From assembly GCA_963788195.1 (NCBI GenBank), contig CAWBGA010000017.1, forward strand, positions 608,001 through 672,000: 64,000 nucleotides of DNA. Reading direction: 5' to 3'. Below, piece by piece: positions 41,251 to 53,977 of the stretch. Position 1 is the stretch's first letter; each line of letters starts with the position of its first letter. The position numbers and the translations under genes are program-made. The notes below the pieces were generated by a model. It saw nothing but the letters and a program-made list of their open reading frames with translations, did no database searches and was not told where the DNA came from. The stretch comes from Nitrospirota bacterium. GTDB lineage: Bacteria > Nitrospirota > Nitrospiria > Nitrospirales > NS-4.

Positions 41251-41907
41251 TCAGGGGAGGGTATGCCTGATGATCTTGCCCTCCACCATATAGACGACCA
41301 GCTCTGCCACATTGGTGGCATGGTCCGCGATCCGCTCCAGGTACTTGGCGATAAAGGTGATGCGGATCGCGCGGGTGATGGTCTGTGGATTCTCGAGCAT
41401 AAACGAAAGCAGCTCTCGAAACAGCTGCCCTGTCAGGTCATCGATAAAATCGTCGGCCGCGCAGACTTCCCGGGCCAGGCCCGAATCCGACGCGACGAAC
41501 GCGTCCAGCGCGTCCCTTACCATTTCGAGCGCCGCGTTCGCCATCCGGGGAATGTCGATGTACGGCTTGAGCTGCGGTTCCTCGTTCAACTCGATGGCAC
41601 GCTCGCAGATGTTCTCGGCGAGGTCGCTCATGCGTTCGAGCTCGGTGGATATTTTCATGGCCGTGGTAATGAAACGCAGGTCTCTGGCGGTCGGCTGTTG
41701 CAGCGCGAGGAGGTTCAGGCAGTCCTCATCCACCTCGACATCGAGAGTATTCACACGATGATCGTTCTCAATGACCTCTCGCGCCAGGACGGAATCCCGC
41801 TCCACCAGCGCGCGCAGCGCTCCCTGGATCTGGTCTTCGACCAGACCGCCCATCTGCAGGAGCTTCGCCTTGAGATCCTTTAGCTCTTGGTCAAAGTGGC
41901 GTTGCAT
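41251..41907 (-). CDS. phoU: Phosphate signalling protein PhoU
   Basis: QPTARDLR, LERMSD, LERIADHATN. Confidence 0.95.
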   Translation of the reverse strand: MQRHFDQELKDLKAKLLQMGGLVEDQIQGALRALVERDSVLAREVIENDHRVNTLDVEVDEDCLNLLALQQPTARDLRFITTAMKISTELERMSDLAENICERAIELNEEPQLKPYIDIPRMANAALEMVRDALDAFVASDSGLAREVCAADDFIDDLTGQLFRELLSFMLENPQTITRAIRITFIAKYLERIADHATNVAELVVYMVEGKIIRHTLP

Positions 41908-41910
41908 AGG

Positions 41911-42786
41911 TTACCCGAATCGTCCGGTGATGTAATCTTCCGTGCGGCGCTCGCGCGGATTCGTGAAGATCTGCTTCGTGCCTCCCAACTCGATCAGCTC
42001 ACCCATCAGGAAGAAGCCGGTAAAGTCGGAGACTCGCGCCGCCTGCTGCATGTTGTGGGTCACAATGACTACCGTCAGGTCTTTTTTCAGCGAGAACAGC
42101 AATTCCTCGATTTTGGCCGTGGCGATCGGGTCCAGCGCAGAGCATGGCTCGTCCATCAACAACACCTCGGGCTGGACCGCCAGCGAGCGGGCGATGCAGA
42201 GCCGCTGCTGCTGCCCTCCGGACAGGCCGAGCGCGCTGTGTTGCAGGCGGTCCTTGACCTCGTCCCACAAGCCGGCGCCGGTGAGACTCTGCTCGACAAG
42301 GTCCTCCAGAACGGCTCGATTGGTCGTCCCCTGCAGTCGAGGGCCATAGGCGACATTGTCGAAGATGGGTTTCGGAAACGGGTTGGACTTCTGAAACACC
42401 ATGCCGACACGCTTCCGGAGGTCCGTGACATCGACCTTCGGACCATAGATATCCTCCCCGTCCAGCAGCACCTTGCCTTCCAATCGCGCACCCTCAATCA
42501 GGTCGTTCAAGCGATTGAGACAGCGCAACAGGGTGGATTTCCCGCACCCTGACGGCCCGATGAACGCGGTGACCTGGTTCGGAGCGACATCAATCGAGAC
42601 CTTCGACAGGGCCTGGCTTGGCCCGTAGAAGAAGTTGACATCACGGAGCGTCATTTTCGGTGGCAGGGACGGCGCGGAACTCGTTCCCGGACCCTCCGCG
42701 GGTGTGACGACGGGTCGCCGCATTAAATCCTCATGTTGGCGGGGCGGGCCTGTTCGGTCGACCACTTGTTCGGAAAAGAGTTGCAT
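41911..42786 (-). CDS. pstB: Phosphate ABC transporter ATPase
   Basis: [38 protein letters not shown]. Confidence 0.95.
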   Translation of the reverse strand: MQLFSEQVVDRTGPPRQHEDLMRRPVVTPAEGPGTSSAPSLPPKMTLRDVNFFYGPSQALSKVSIDVAPNQVTAFIGPSGCGKSTLLRCLNRLNDLIEGARLEGKVLLDGEDIYGPKVDVTDLRKRVGMVFQKSNPFPKPIFDNVAYGPRLQGTTNRAVLEDLVEQSLTGAGLWDEVKDRLQHSALGLSGGQQQRLCIARSLAVQPEVLLMDEPCSALDPIATAKIEELLFSLKKDLTVVIVTHNMQQAARVSDFTGFFLMGELIELGGTKQIFTNPRERRTEDYITGRFG

Positions 42787-42802
42787 AGAACCTCCTTGCG
42801 CG

Positions 42803-44477
42803 TCAAACCGCCGAGCCGGCGTATTTCTTACGGAGGCGGTTTCGCAGCGTGATGGCAATTAAATTCAGCAAAACGACCACGATGATGAGGACAAGCGTGG
42901 TGATGTAGACCATGGGCTTGGCCGCTTCGACGTTCGGGGATTGAAACCCGACGTCGTAAATATGAAAACCGAGATGCATGAACTTGCGATCCAGATGGAA
43001 AAACGGCCATTGCCAGTCGAGCGGGAGCGTAGGCGCCAGCTTCACGACGCCGGTCAACATGAGCGGCGCCACTTCGCCGGCCGCTCGCGCCATGGCTAAA
43101 ATCAAACCGGTGAGGATGCCCGGCAAAGCGGACGGCACGACCACCCGCGCCAGGCTCTCGAGCTTCGTCGCGCCGAGCGCCAGCGATGCCTCACGAAGGT
43201 CCCTCGGCACCGCGGCCAGGCCTTCTTCAGTCGCAACGATGACGACAGGGACCGTTAACAATGCCAGCGTCAGTGAAGCCCAGAGAATGCCGCCTGTGCC
43301 AAAGGTCGGCGTCGGCAGCGCCTCAGGAAAAAACACAGTGTCGATCGTCCCGCCGATGGCATAGACAAAAAAGCCCAGCCCGAAGACCCCGAAGACGATG
43401 GACGGCACCCCCGCAAGGTTATTGACGGCGATCCGGACCAGACGGACCAGAACGCCCTGCCGCGCGTACTCCCTCAGATACAGGGCGGCCAGGACCCCGA
43501 ACGGCACGACCGCGATGGTCATGATGAACACCATCATCACGGTCCCGAAGATGGCCGGAAAAATCCCGCCCTCAGTGTTGGCCTCGCGCGGCTCTTCGGT
43601 GAGCACGCGCCAGACGTTTGCCGCATACGTTCCGCTCTTGGCGATCCCTCCCATGGCATTCGGCCGCAGCGCGCGAATGATTTGACTCACCGGGAGTTGT
43701 TTTTCTCTTCCGTTCGCATCCGCAATGATTAGCCGTGTATTCATTCAAAGAGGCACTGAGACTCTCAAGCCGCGTCATCTGTTCCTGGTACCGGGCTTCC
43801 GCAGATGCCATTTGGCTCTTCAATCGTTCGATGTCGTCTGTCTTTCTGGCCTCTATGCCGGAGAGCTCAAGGCGTCGAATCTTCAATCTCAACCGCTCGA
43901 TCTCGGTGTTGATGGCCCCGATATCCACCCGCTCGATTCTGGAAATCCTGGCATGTAAGTCATTCGTCTCAGCAATGAGGGGAAGAAGGGCCTGCCATGA
44001 CGGCTGGTCTCCTTGCGCGATTTGTTCATCGCCCCGGTAGACCGCCTTGACCCGCCCGTACATGTTGCCCCATTCCCGCCGCTCCAGCAGCACGGCTTCC
44101 GGCGGAAACGATCGGGAAGTAATCGCGTCTTCGTTGATCCATTTAAAGTCCAGGCCATAGAGGTCGCGGTTCCCGATTTTCAGACGGATGCGCGTCCGTT
44201 GGTTGGAATCGGTTTCGCTTGACGATGGAATGGTCTCGCGGCCGGCTAATTGGCCGAGTACATGGGTGCCGTCCCTGAGCGTCAACTCGACGATATCAGC
44301 CGGCCAGAAATAGCCGAGCCCGTTGAACATGATGAGCAGCAGCAGGCCTACCACCATCAAGAGAGCGATCGCGAGGCCGGCCCCGCTCCCCCACACGAAC
44401 AGATCCCCGGAAGCGAGATATTTCCTCAATAAAGGGGACAGGCTACTTTGTTTCCGGTCCTCAGCCTTTCCCATCAT
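42803..44477 (-). CDS. pstA: Phosphate ABC permease PstA, long form (frameshift near 43740)
   Basis: [35 protein letters not shown]. Confidence 0.9.
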
Positions 44478-44512
44478 GCCTTCACCTCAAACAAAGTAGC
44501 CTGTCCCCTTTA

Positions 44513-46820
44513 TTAGAACTGGCTGTATTTCTTCCTCAGCCGCTGACGGATAATATCCGCCCCCGTATTAAGGACAAACGTGATGACGAAGAGGAGTAAC
44601 GCCGCCATGAAGAGGGTCCGGTACAACGTGCCGCCGTGAGGCGCCTCGGGAATTTCGACCGCAATGTTCGCAGACAGGGTCCGGAAGCCGTTGAAGAGGC
44701 TCCAATCCATGATCGGGGTGTTGCCGGTTGCCATCAGTACGATCATGGTCTCGCCGACCGCCCGGCCAAACCCGATCATGACCGCCGAGAAGATACCGGG
44801 GCTTGCCGAGATGAAGACAAGCCGTGCCAGCGTCTGCCAGCGGGTGGCGCCCAACGCCAGAGAACCGGCGATGAGATTCTTCGGGACGTTTGAGAGCGCC
44901 TCCTCCGAGATGCTGAAGATGATCGGGAATGATGGCAAAGCCCATGGCCAACCCCACGACCAAGGCATTGCGTTGGTCATAGCGAACACCCAAGTGTGAG
45001 GCCAGCCATTCTTTATAGTGCCCGCCGAACAGCAAGGCCTCGAGCCCCTGGTTTTGACTCACACACAGGGCAACGGCTCCCGCGATGACCGGGATGAGCA
45101 GCAGAAACTCGGCGCCCGGGCGCAGGCGGTTACGGATCACGCTTGGAACCAGCTGCCAGGCCAGAGAGGCCAGAACCACGCTCAAGGGCACGACGAAGAC
45201 CATCCCCACGACCGCGGGGAAGATCCGCTCGAGCAGCGGCGCCATCCAGAGACCTGCCAGGAAGCCCAAGACGACAGTCGGAAGAGCCGCCATGATCTCG
45301 ATCACCGGCTTGATGCGCGCCCGAAGATCGGGGTGCATAAACATGGATGTGTAAATGGCCCCGAGGACCGCAAGCGGAACAGCTAACAGAAGCGCGTACA
45401 GCGTCCCCTTGAGCGTTCCAAAGATCAGGGGCGTCAGGCCGAATTTGGGCTCGAAGTCGTCCGAGCCGCTTGAAGACTGCCAGACGTGCTCAGGCTGGCT
45501 GTATCCTTCGTACCACACGGGCAAAAACAGCGATGCCAACGTAATTTCCGGATGCGGATTATTGATCGCGTAGCTTCGCAGCTGCCCTTCTCGGTCCAAT
45601 ACCACCGCTCCGTTTGCCTTGGGGCCGAAGAGGAGGGCCTGCACCGGGGCTCCATGTCCCGACAGGCGTAGCACGGTCTGCTCCGATGTGGCGTAGTGGA
45701 CGGAGACATTCCCATTGGCGTCCCCGGTGATGAAGCCTTTATCGCGCTGTGACGGAGAGATTGCCGTCACCGCGGCAGAATGCGGGGCGAAGCGATGGAT
45801 AGTTTGAAGGCGCGTCGTGTTGCTCTCGTTCGCCAAGCGCACAGGCATCCACACCGAGACATCTCCGGCGCCCGTCCCAATCACCAGGCTGCGATCACCG
45901 ATCAGGTACTCAAGCGCCGTGACAGCAGTGCCGCGCGGCGCCACGGCATAGCTTCCGAGGAGAACCGGTCGAGTGATCTCTCGCACGTCAAAATGGTAGA
46001 GATATCCGTCGGCCGTTCCCGCTGAGAGCGTTTCACCACGGCTGTCCAACACGAGGGCGGTGACCGTTCCCGCGATGTGGGGGGTCAGGTCGATGGAGTC
46101 TGCGCTCATCGACACATTTCCATCAGGCCTCGGTGTTGACCGAGTGGCTGTGTACCAGAGACGGCCCGCATCGGTAAAAACGGCGGCTGCGGTTCCCACA
46201 TCCGTCTTTTGGTAGGCGAGTCGGAGGATCTCGTGTTGGGTGGGATCTGCCTGGAACGCTGCTTCAGGATTGATGGAGGCGACAATGATTCGATTGCCCG
46301 AGGCATAGTCACTGGCGAAGTCTATTGAGGCCGTAATCACCTTCCCGTCAACGGTGCCGGCGGCGACATGGTCGCTTTTCCCATGAGATCGGGAGACAGC
46401 GCTCATTGTCGCTTGCTTGAATGCCTCCGGCACGGCGATCTGGAGTGACTTCCCCGTCAGTAGGTCGATAAACGCAATGCCATCAGTCGTGAACCTGTAC
46501 GTAATTTCGAGGTGCTCATCCACGCCGACAACGGAAGGCTGAGGCAATGTAGCAGAAGGTCTCTCTGTCGGATAGGCGCCGATCTGTTTTGCCGTCGGCG
46601 CGATAAAAAGCGGCGCGACTTCCCTGACCAGAAAAACAAAGATTGCCAGGATGCTCAAGATCACAAGTAGTCCGCCTGATTGGACCACGAGCTTCGCGAA
46701 GCGGTCTAGAAGGCGCCGGCGGCTTTGATAACCCACATGGATTGTTGAAAATGGGGCCGGCGGATTCGCCGGCCCCGGCAGGATCATCTGCGACGGAGTG
46801 GCTGGGAGGTCACTACTCAA
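44513..46820 (-). CDS. pstC: Phosphate ABC permease PstC, long form with propeller-like domain (frameshift near 44930)
   Basis: [28 protein letters not shown]. Confidence 0.9.
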
Positions 46821-47799
46821 GCTTTTTCATTTCTTTCTCGCCCATCGCCGGCGATAGCGGGTAGAACCCGTCCTTCACGACTACCTGTTGGCCCTCGCGG
46901 CTGTAGACAAATTTGAGGAACTCCTTCACCAGGGGATCCAGGGGTTTGTTCGGAGCTTTATTGACATACAAGTACAGGTGGCGCCACAGAGGGTAGGTCC
47001 CCTCCATCGCGTTTTCCTGAGTCGCCTCCTTGAAGGCTGTCCCCTCTTTTTCAGCCAGCGGAAGAGGCCGAACGCCGGAGGTCACATACCCGATGCCGCT
47101 ATATCCGATCCCGGCCCGGTCTTCCGACACTCCTTGCACCACCGAGGCCGATCCGGGTTGTTCTTTCACTTCATCCTTAAAGTCGCCGTTCTTTAACGCG
47201 TGCTCTTTAAAAAACCCGTACGTCCCCGACGCCGAATTTCGACCGTACAGACTGATCGGCTCGGATCCTAGTGGTCCATCTACGCCGGCTTGCCCCCATT
47301 TCTGAATATTTTCCTTGTATCCCCACCGCCGGCTCTTCGAGAAGATCGCGTCCACCTGGGGCATCGCCAAGCCCTTGAGGTTGTTGTCCTTATTCACGTA
47401 GACGGCAAGGGCATCAATGGCGACAGGGAACGCAGTAGGCTTGTACCTGAATTTCCTTTCAAACGCGTCAATTTCAGTGGACTTCATCTGTCGGGACATC
47501 GGCCCGACTTGAGCGGTGCCTTCGATGAGCGCAGGGGGCGCGGTGCTCGAGCCTTTGCCCTCGATCTGAATCTTCACGTTGGGATACTGCTTGCGGAACC
47601 CTTCGGCCCACAGGGTCATGAGATTATTCAGGGTATCTGAGCCGATGCTGTTGAGATTTCCAGAGACCCCGCTGACCTTGGCGTACGCTTTCAAGTTTGG
47701 ATCGAGTTTTATCTCATCGGCGTGTACGGCAGCCGGTCCTAGGATTGAAGCGATAGCCGTGGCAGCCATTGCGATGCGAAGTCTGCGTTGATGTGTCAT
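46813..47799 (-). CDS. pstS: Phosphate-binding protein PstS
   Basis: [20 protein letters not shown]. Confidence 0.93.
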   Translation of the reverse strand: MTHQRRLRIAMAATAIASILGPAAVHADEIKLDPNLKAYAKVSGVSGNLNSIGSDTLNNLMTLWAEGFRKQYPNVKIQIEGKGSSTAPPALIEGTAQVGPMSRQMKSTEIDAFERKFRYKPTAFPVAIDALAVYVNKDNNLKGLAMPQVDAIFSKSRRWGYKENIQKWGQAGVDGPLGSEPISLYGRNSASGTYGFFKEHALKNGDFKDEVKEQPGSASVVQGVSEDRAGIGYSGIGYVTSGVRPLPLAEKEGTAFKEATQENAMEGTYPLWRHLYLYVNKAPNKPLDPLVKEFLKFVYSREGQQVVVKDGFYPLSPAMGEKEMKKLE

Positions 47800-47834
47800 C
47801 GAAGCTCCTTGTACTGAATCATACGAATTGATCG

Positions 47835-47883
47835 GTGATGCTGTGGTTACCTCTGTGTTACAAGATTGTTAACTCGGTGTTAC
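47835..47883 (-). promoter_or_regulatory. Pho-box-like 11-bp direct repeats upstream of pstS
   Basis: GTTAC/GTTAA (+ strand) at 47846, 47857, 47868, 47879. Confidence 0.75.
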
Positions 47884-49296
47884 TAGAAGCTCCACACCAT
47901 GTCCACCTGCATCCGGTCGATCTGGTCCCGACACGAGTTATTCGTTCCGCAGACGCTTTTCTCGAGCGGTTTGGTGTTGAAAAATTTGACCCTAAAATTG
48001 AGATAATCCGTGAAGTTATATCCCACCCACACAATATTGCCGCGTCGGTTCGTGCCGCCGTCGCCGAAGTCAGAATCGGCGAACGCTGACAGCACGGCGT
48101 CGGCCTGGAGCCACTTGTAGTAATAGGCAACCTCCCACGTCTTCGCCTTGCTAGCCCTTCCAACGCGCAACCCGACTTGGTAGCCCTTATTCTGATCTTC
48201 AACGGCAAAGCCGCCGCATCGGCCGACAACATTGTTGCCGTTGTTCGCACAAGTTTTCGTGCCCCTAGTGTTCTTGACATAATCGGCGGAGAACTCCAGC
48301 GGTATTCCTACGACGGCCGTCTCAAACAAGCCGGTGAGCTGAAGGACGTCATAGTCATTGACATAGGCGGCCGCGTTGGTAGAGGGGGCGACCCGGCTAT
48401 TGAACTGCTGAAGAGTGGCCTCAGAAATACCGCCGGTGTTCAGCTTGACGGCATCAAAAAAGCCTGCGGCCAGTCGAAGCTCTGTTAATGCCGAATTTCG
48501 CTTCCACACCACCTTGGTATGCGAGCAGGTATTGATCGTTGGTATCCGCGCTGTCTTCATCCAGGACGAACTGGCCAAAGTTTGCAAACAGCGTGAACGC
48601 GTCGGTAATTTTAAACTTCAGGTTTTCGGCGGCGCCTTCCGGATTGAGGTCAGCGTCAAAAAGCAAGTCATTGGTATACTGCGTGTAGAACGGGTTCCTC
48701 ATTTTTCCGCCGTAGAGGGTCAGGGGTTTGAAAAATGAGGGATTCCAGAGCGCATAGGCCTGCAAAATAAAAAACTCTTTCTGGGAAAAGGCGTTGTCGA
48801 ATGATTGATTGTTAGAGACCTGATCACCATTGATCCCATCGGTTGATTGAGCTGTGCCGAATTGGGCAATGATTTTGAAGTCACCGATCGTAATCTCAGG
48901 TCCTATGCGCAACCGAAAGCGCTCGCGGCTGCGATCCACAGCTACCTGGTATCCTGCGACTTCCCCCTGGTTGCCATACCGCCAAAATTGTTCATATCGA
49001 AGGCGCAGATCCCCGGACCACACGACGCTGTCGATCCAGTTTTTTCTCGGCGTGGCGTGCGTGACGACTCCTTTGCGCGCCTCTGCCGCAAGGCGGTCTC
49101 GCTCCGCGTCTTCTCTTTCTTTTTCAGCTTTCGCCTTGACCCATTCATCCTTGGTGATCTTTCCGCTCTCATAGAGAACGTCTTCGAGAGCGGCCTCGGC
49201 CGGCAGAGCGACCAGAGACAGGACCACAGAAAGAATCAGACCTGCCGCCATAACTGTGCCCCTGACCGGGGTGGATACTGCATTTGCTCGCCTCAT
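47883..49296 (-). CDS. Putative outer-membrane porin (frameshift near 48490)
   Basis: Signal peptide; WSGDLRLRYE..RSRERFRLR; DSDFGDGGTN; C-terminal F. Confidence 0.8.
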
Positions 49297-49373
49297 CTCG
49301 CCTCCTTTTAGCATGGGACTTCGCCGTGCTTCCGTCAGCCGGCATTCGTATATCACGGGCACTGGCGCTAGAC

Positions 49374-49400
49374 GTTACGTCGACATTACGCCCTCGTAAA
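49374..49400 (-). promoter_or_regulatory. Pho-box-like 11-bp repeats upstream of porin
   Basis: GTTAC 49374, ATTAC 49385, GTAAA 49396. Confidence 0.5.
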
Positions 49401-49679
49401 CTTGTTCCATTGCACCCTCCCAACCCCGCGGCTGCCATTGCACCCGCCCGCCCTGGAGTCTGCCAAGACAGCCTCCTTAGCCCCTGGACAGCCGCTGTTC
49501 CCGTGACACCCACCCAACCCTGAAATCTCATTTCACCCACCCGCCCCGGCGCCGCCAAGACGGCGCCTTGTCCCGTGAGACAGATTTCTTTCCCCTGGAC
49601 TCGCCGTCGCTGTCCATTTAGAATCCGCCCGACTTTCTGGACTGCAATAACGAATCGCGCGCAAATCGAGAGGGGTCGC

Positions 49680-50594
49680 ATGAAGAACGCCCTATTGTCG
49701 GTGTTATTGGCCATGGCCGTGGTCGCGTGCGCAAGTGATCGCGACCAAATTGTTGCGCAAGACGGTGGCAACTTTGTCCGCCTCGAGCGCGATCCGATCG
49801 CACCGCGAGCAGGAAACAGCCATCCCGCTCACGTGACGCCTGAACGCCTCCAGGCGTCACTTGCCACGATCACAGTGCAAAGCCCTTCAGGGGCCTTGTT
49901 CGGGAAACAGGAGACGCTGGCCTTGTTCGATCCTGAGGATTTGACCTTTCTGGCACCTGCGCTCTCAGACGCGCTCGCGGCCGCGAAGCCATCCGAGCGG
50001 GCTGTCTTCTACCTTGAACAGCGGGGACGCCTGATGCGCCCGGAGGTCACGACAGGCGCCGTCGCCATGAAGGGTGATGGCCTGGCGTTCACTCTCGGCC
50101 ACTATCGACGCACGGATGTCACGGGGGTCATCCAGAACGATCGCCAATCGGACAATTGGAGGGAGGTGCGGTCGGATCCAATGTTTGGAGTGTATGACGT
50201 GAACACCCGCGTGTCCGCACCGGGAGCAGCTCCCGGCGACGGCCCTCGGAGCCTCCGATTCGCCCAGGTGTTCGCAGAGGCCGGCCCACCCCCGCGAGCC
50301 ACCGTGGCTGCCTCAGGCACTGATGCTCAACTTCCGCCGCCCCCGACTCGTTCCATCGGAAAACTAGATCATACGGCAGCCGGAGCCAAGCCGGAGTCAC
50401 CTGCACTCGAGCAACGCCTGCGAGCGGTCGAGCTGCAAAACGCGGCCATGCGAGCGTCGGTCGACGAACTGAAGGGAAAGATGGGCGAACTAGACAAGCG
50501 GTTCGAATCGTTAGAGCAGGATATTGAATTAATTAAACGGGCCATACTTCGAGACACCAAGAAACCCACCAAACCAGGGCGATCGGCCAGGTAA
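49680..50594 (+). CDS. Lipoprotein with C-terminal coiled coil, paralog 1
   Basis: Lipobox VVAC; NFVRLERDP..NSHP. Confidence 0.75.
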   Translation: MKNALLSVLLAMAVVACASDRDQIVAQDGGNFVRLERDPIAPRAGNSHPAHVTPERLQASLATITVQSPSGALFGKQETLALFDPEDLTFLAPALSDALAAAKPSERAVFYLEQRGRLMRPEVTTGAVAMKGDGLAFTLGHYRRTDVTGVIQNDRQSDNWREVRSDPMFGVYDVNTRVSAPGAAPGDGPRSLRFAQVFAEAGPPPRATVAASGTDAQLPPPPTRSIGKLDHTAAGAKPESPALEQRLRAVELQNAAMRASVDELKGKMGELDKRFESLEQDIELIKRAILRDTKKPTKPGRSAR

Positions 50595-50607
50595 GTCCTC
50601 CTTCCAG

Positions 50608-50641
50608 AGTTTACGCCGATTTAAAGTTCGCTTGAGCGCGT
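50608..50641 (+). repeat. 34-bp motif, copy 1
   Basis: AGTTTACGCCGATTTAAAGTTCGCTTGAGCGCGT; 32/34 identical to 53921-53954. Confidence 0.8.
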
Positions 50642-50646
50642 CTAGA

Positions 50647-52034
50647 TCAGAACCACCGCACGTGGAGTTGCAACAGGAGCGCATCATTCCCGAATTCGTC
50701 GAACTTGGTCACGGTGGTGCCTGGTCCAAAGCCGTCGCGGTGCCGGAATTCGTAATTGATCATGAACTTCGCCTGAATCTTCGGCGGGAGGTTCGCAAAG
50801 TAGTAATTGATCCCCACGGTGGTCCGCTCCGCCATGTCCTGGGAAACATTGGTGCTCGGATCGAATTGCTCATAACGCGCAAGCACTTCCCAGTCTTTGA
50901 GCGGACCGCTTTGAATCAAATATTTGGCATAGACGTACCACGCCTTGCGGAGTTCTCCGCGAGTGCCCGCCGCAAAATTATCGGCCGCATTCACCGGCGG
51001 CGCGTCATGACCCCAGGCATACTCACCCTGGATCCAGAAACCTGGAAGAATTCCGGCTTCCATTGAAAATCGGCAATATAGCGGTCGTAATTCCCTTTGC
51101 CGCGCCCACCGTTCCGGCTGTTGAGGTTGGTGCTCTCACCCTGGATCGTCCCCATGCTGAAGAACAAATCCTTCCGCGGTTTCACTCTGGCTCGGCCGAA
51201 GAAGTCCTTCTGGCTGTTATTGTCGAAGGCGCTCCCCGGGCCGTTAATGCCATTGCCGTTCATGATTCCTAGATCCAATTCCAACTGTTCGAGAGGCTTG
51301 CTCATGAGATCAACATACACATCCCGCTCTTGGATGAAGTCGATAGTCCCACCGCCCAACGTTCCGGCAGCAGCAGTGCCGGTGAATCCTCCCGCTGAGG
51401 CTCCCGGAGCCTGGGTGATGTAGTTGCGGTTGATAAAGTCAATCAGGCCGCTGGATGTCGAGTTTTCGATGCCCACCGGGATCCGGTACTGGCCGATCCG
51501 AAACCTATCGACATATGGTTGGGCGGTGAGTGACGGCACGATATCGACGTAGGCTTCCCGAATGATTTGGTTGTTGTCGGTCGCGGTGCCGGTCGTGGAG
51601 ATCGAATTCAGTCCTGAGCTGCGGCCGATATTGCTGTTGGCGGCAAAGTCAAAGAGCATGTGCCACCGAGGCCAATAATCGTTGACCTTTCCCCAGGTGA
51701 TTAACTCGGCCCGTCTGATAAAGAACCGGTTATCAGAGGTGCCGGGAGTGGCGTCAGCCTGATTGTTCAAGTACTGCACTTGAAGCACATTCACGCCGAT
51801 GTTGAACTTGTCCGACAGGATCGGGAGTTTGGAGACTTTTTTCTGCCATTCGTCTAATTTTTCCAACGGCGCTGCTGCTTTTTCCGCATCGGCCTTGGCC
51901 TTGAGCCACTCTTCCTTCGTAATGACACCTTTTTCGTACAATGTGTCTTCAAGCGCCGCTTCGGCTGACCCCATAAGCAACAAGAGGGCAACGCCCATCA
52001 TGCCGAATACTCGCGGGATCTTTTGTTCGCTCAT
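50647..52034 (-). CDS. OprO/OprP-like phosphate-selective porin (frameshift near 51060)
   Basis: FFIRRAEL, REAYVD, RIGQYRIPVGIE, DNNSQKDFFGR, ARYEQFDP, C-terminal WF. Confidence 0.75.
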
Positions 52035-52285
52035 CTGGATCTTGCCTCCTTTGATTGGCACTGTAGAACCTTGTTTATTTGTCAAGACGACTGGCCGGAC
52101 CGAGATTAGCCGCTGATGATTTCCACGCCGACAACGACGGGTTAGATGTCACCGTCGCCATGGGCCCTTGACGGACTTCGGCAACCGTTAGCAGCCATGG
52201 GTAGAGATTACAAGCGCGTTAAATTTTCCTTTGAACCGTTTCGCAGATGCAATAGCGCCCCGTGCGCCCTATAATCACAGCCGCC

Positions 52286-53229
52286 ATGCGATTCGAGCAC
52301 AGGTGGACATTCTCAGCTCTGTTACTGTGCGCCGCGTTTGTCTCGGGCTGCGCTTCATCGTCGCCGGGACAGACGATCTACCAGCAAGGGCGAAACGTTG
52401 TCCGCCTGGAGGACGACCCCGCCGCCACTCAGGGCCCGGCTCATGCACCGAACACACATCCGGTAAAGATCCAACCGGTGGAGTTGGCTTCAGTATTACG
52501 AGGGATTGGGGTGAGGAGCGACCAAGGCTCGTCGGGACTCTTCTGAGTCTTGCGGTTCCCGCCGCGCCCGTCTTTGAACCTGAGGAACTTGATCTTCTGG
52601 CCCCGGTCCTGTCCAAGGCGCTGGCTCAGGCAAGACCCGACCAGCGGGTGGCCTTCACGTACTGGAGTGCGAAGCCGGTCCGCCGGAATGCGCCGCTCGC
52701 AGGCGCGATTGCGGTCAGTGCGCCGTATCTTCGGTTCACGCTGGACGAGCATCCTACCATCGGGTGGCAGGATCCCGAGGATCCCTCCGCGCCAAAGCTG
52801 TTTGAATTGGAATTCGTCCGGCCCGGATTTGTGCGCGTCGCCAATGAAGACAAACAAAAGCGAAGCCGCCGATCGAGGCCTATGCTCGAGATCGATTATG
52901 TGAGGTTTCTCCAGCAGCAACCAGGCGACGCCAGCAGCGCTGCAGTGCGGAGAGCTCCCGACGTCGCGACGTCGGCCGTCGGGTCGGGCGACACGGCAGT
53001 CAAAGCTCCCGCGCCTACCGTCCGTCAAGAGGTGGACGTCGAGGATTTACGGCGCGAGATCAAAGAGCTGACCCTATCCAATCAAGAGCTTCGTGCGAAG
53101 ATGCGCGAATTGAGTGACCAGCTGGCCGAGACGCGGCAGCTCTTGGGTGAGAAGGTCCTGGAACTGGATCGCCTTAACAAGCGCAGCGCGGTCCCGCGTC
53201 GGCCCAATAAAACACCGGGTGGGCGCTGA
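52286..53229 (+). CDS. Lipoprotein with C-terminal coiled coil, paralog 2 (frameshift near 52530)
   Basis: Lipobox VSGC; NVVRLEDDP..NTHP; VFEPEELDLLAPVLSKALAQA. Confidence 0.7.
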
Positions 53230-53810
53230 TCATCACTACTTTGCGGTTCTTGTTTTTTCAAGTTACCTCTGTCTGATCGCGGCCTGCGCCATCCCTGTGC
53301 TGCCATCTGTCGCCGGGGACCGTTGACGTCGCCAACTCAACATACGGCATTGTCTTCGGCCGCATCGAAATCCTGCGCGATGGATTTGATCAGATGGCGT
53401 ACTCCTTCGGGAAAGAATTTGGATGGTGGATGACAGAAGAAAATACGGATCGCCGCTATGTGGTCAGAACTCTGACCCGTGATGGCGCGTTCGCGCTGAA
53501 CCTCCCGGCCGGTCGCTATCGCATCACGGGGCTGATTTACGACGAGGGCGCCGGCGTGTGGGAAGGCAAAGTCCCTGCTGAATTTCACGTGGCCGCCGGA
53601 GAGGCCACTTATCTTGGAACCTGGCGCATCACGTTCGAATTTCCCGGCCGAGCCGGCAACGTCACGGCTGGGGTGATGAATGAGCTTGACCGCGCCCGGC
53701 CAATTCTTCTCAAAACCTATGTCGGCCCTCCGAAACCACTTGAGGTGAGCCTTCTTCATACTGCGCAGCAAGGCTATTTCAGCCTGATAGAATTAAGGAT
53801 CGGCCAATGA
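53219..53810 (+). CDS. Probable lipoprotein (frameshift near 53325; main ORF 53394-53810)
   Basis: IAAC lipobox-like; GIVFGRIE; LNLPAGRYRI; GEATYLG. Confidence 0.55.
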
Positions 53811-53920
53811 AATTCGACAAGTGAGAACAGGCCAATCACGCAGAGGCCGGAGTCATTGACCTGAAGCAGCTATTAATCTGTCTGAAGCGCTAACAGCAGT
53901 GGGGAAGCGGGCTCCTCGAA

Positions 53921-53954
53921 AGTTTACGCCGATTTAAAGATCGCTTGAGCGTGT
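53921..53954 (+). repeat. 34-bp motif, copy 2
   Basis: AGTTTACGCCGATTTAAAGATCGCTTGAGCGTGT, just upstream of CBS gene. Confidence 0.8.
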
Positions 53955-53977
53955 TGTAGCGGACGACGCTTAGAGTT

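Noticed and set aside
42803..46820. Unusually long PstA and PstC as novelty
   Set aside because: Extended PstC/PstA forms are already known, for example in Pseudomonas-type pst operons.
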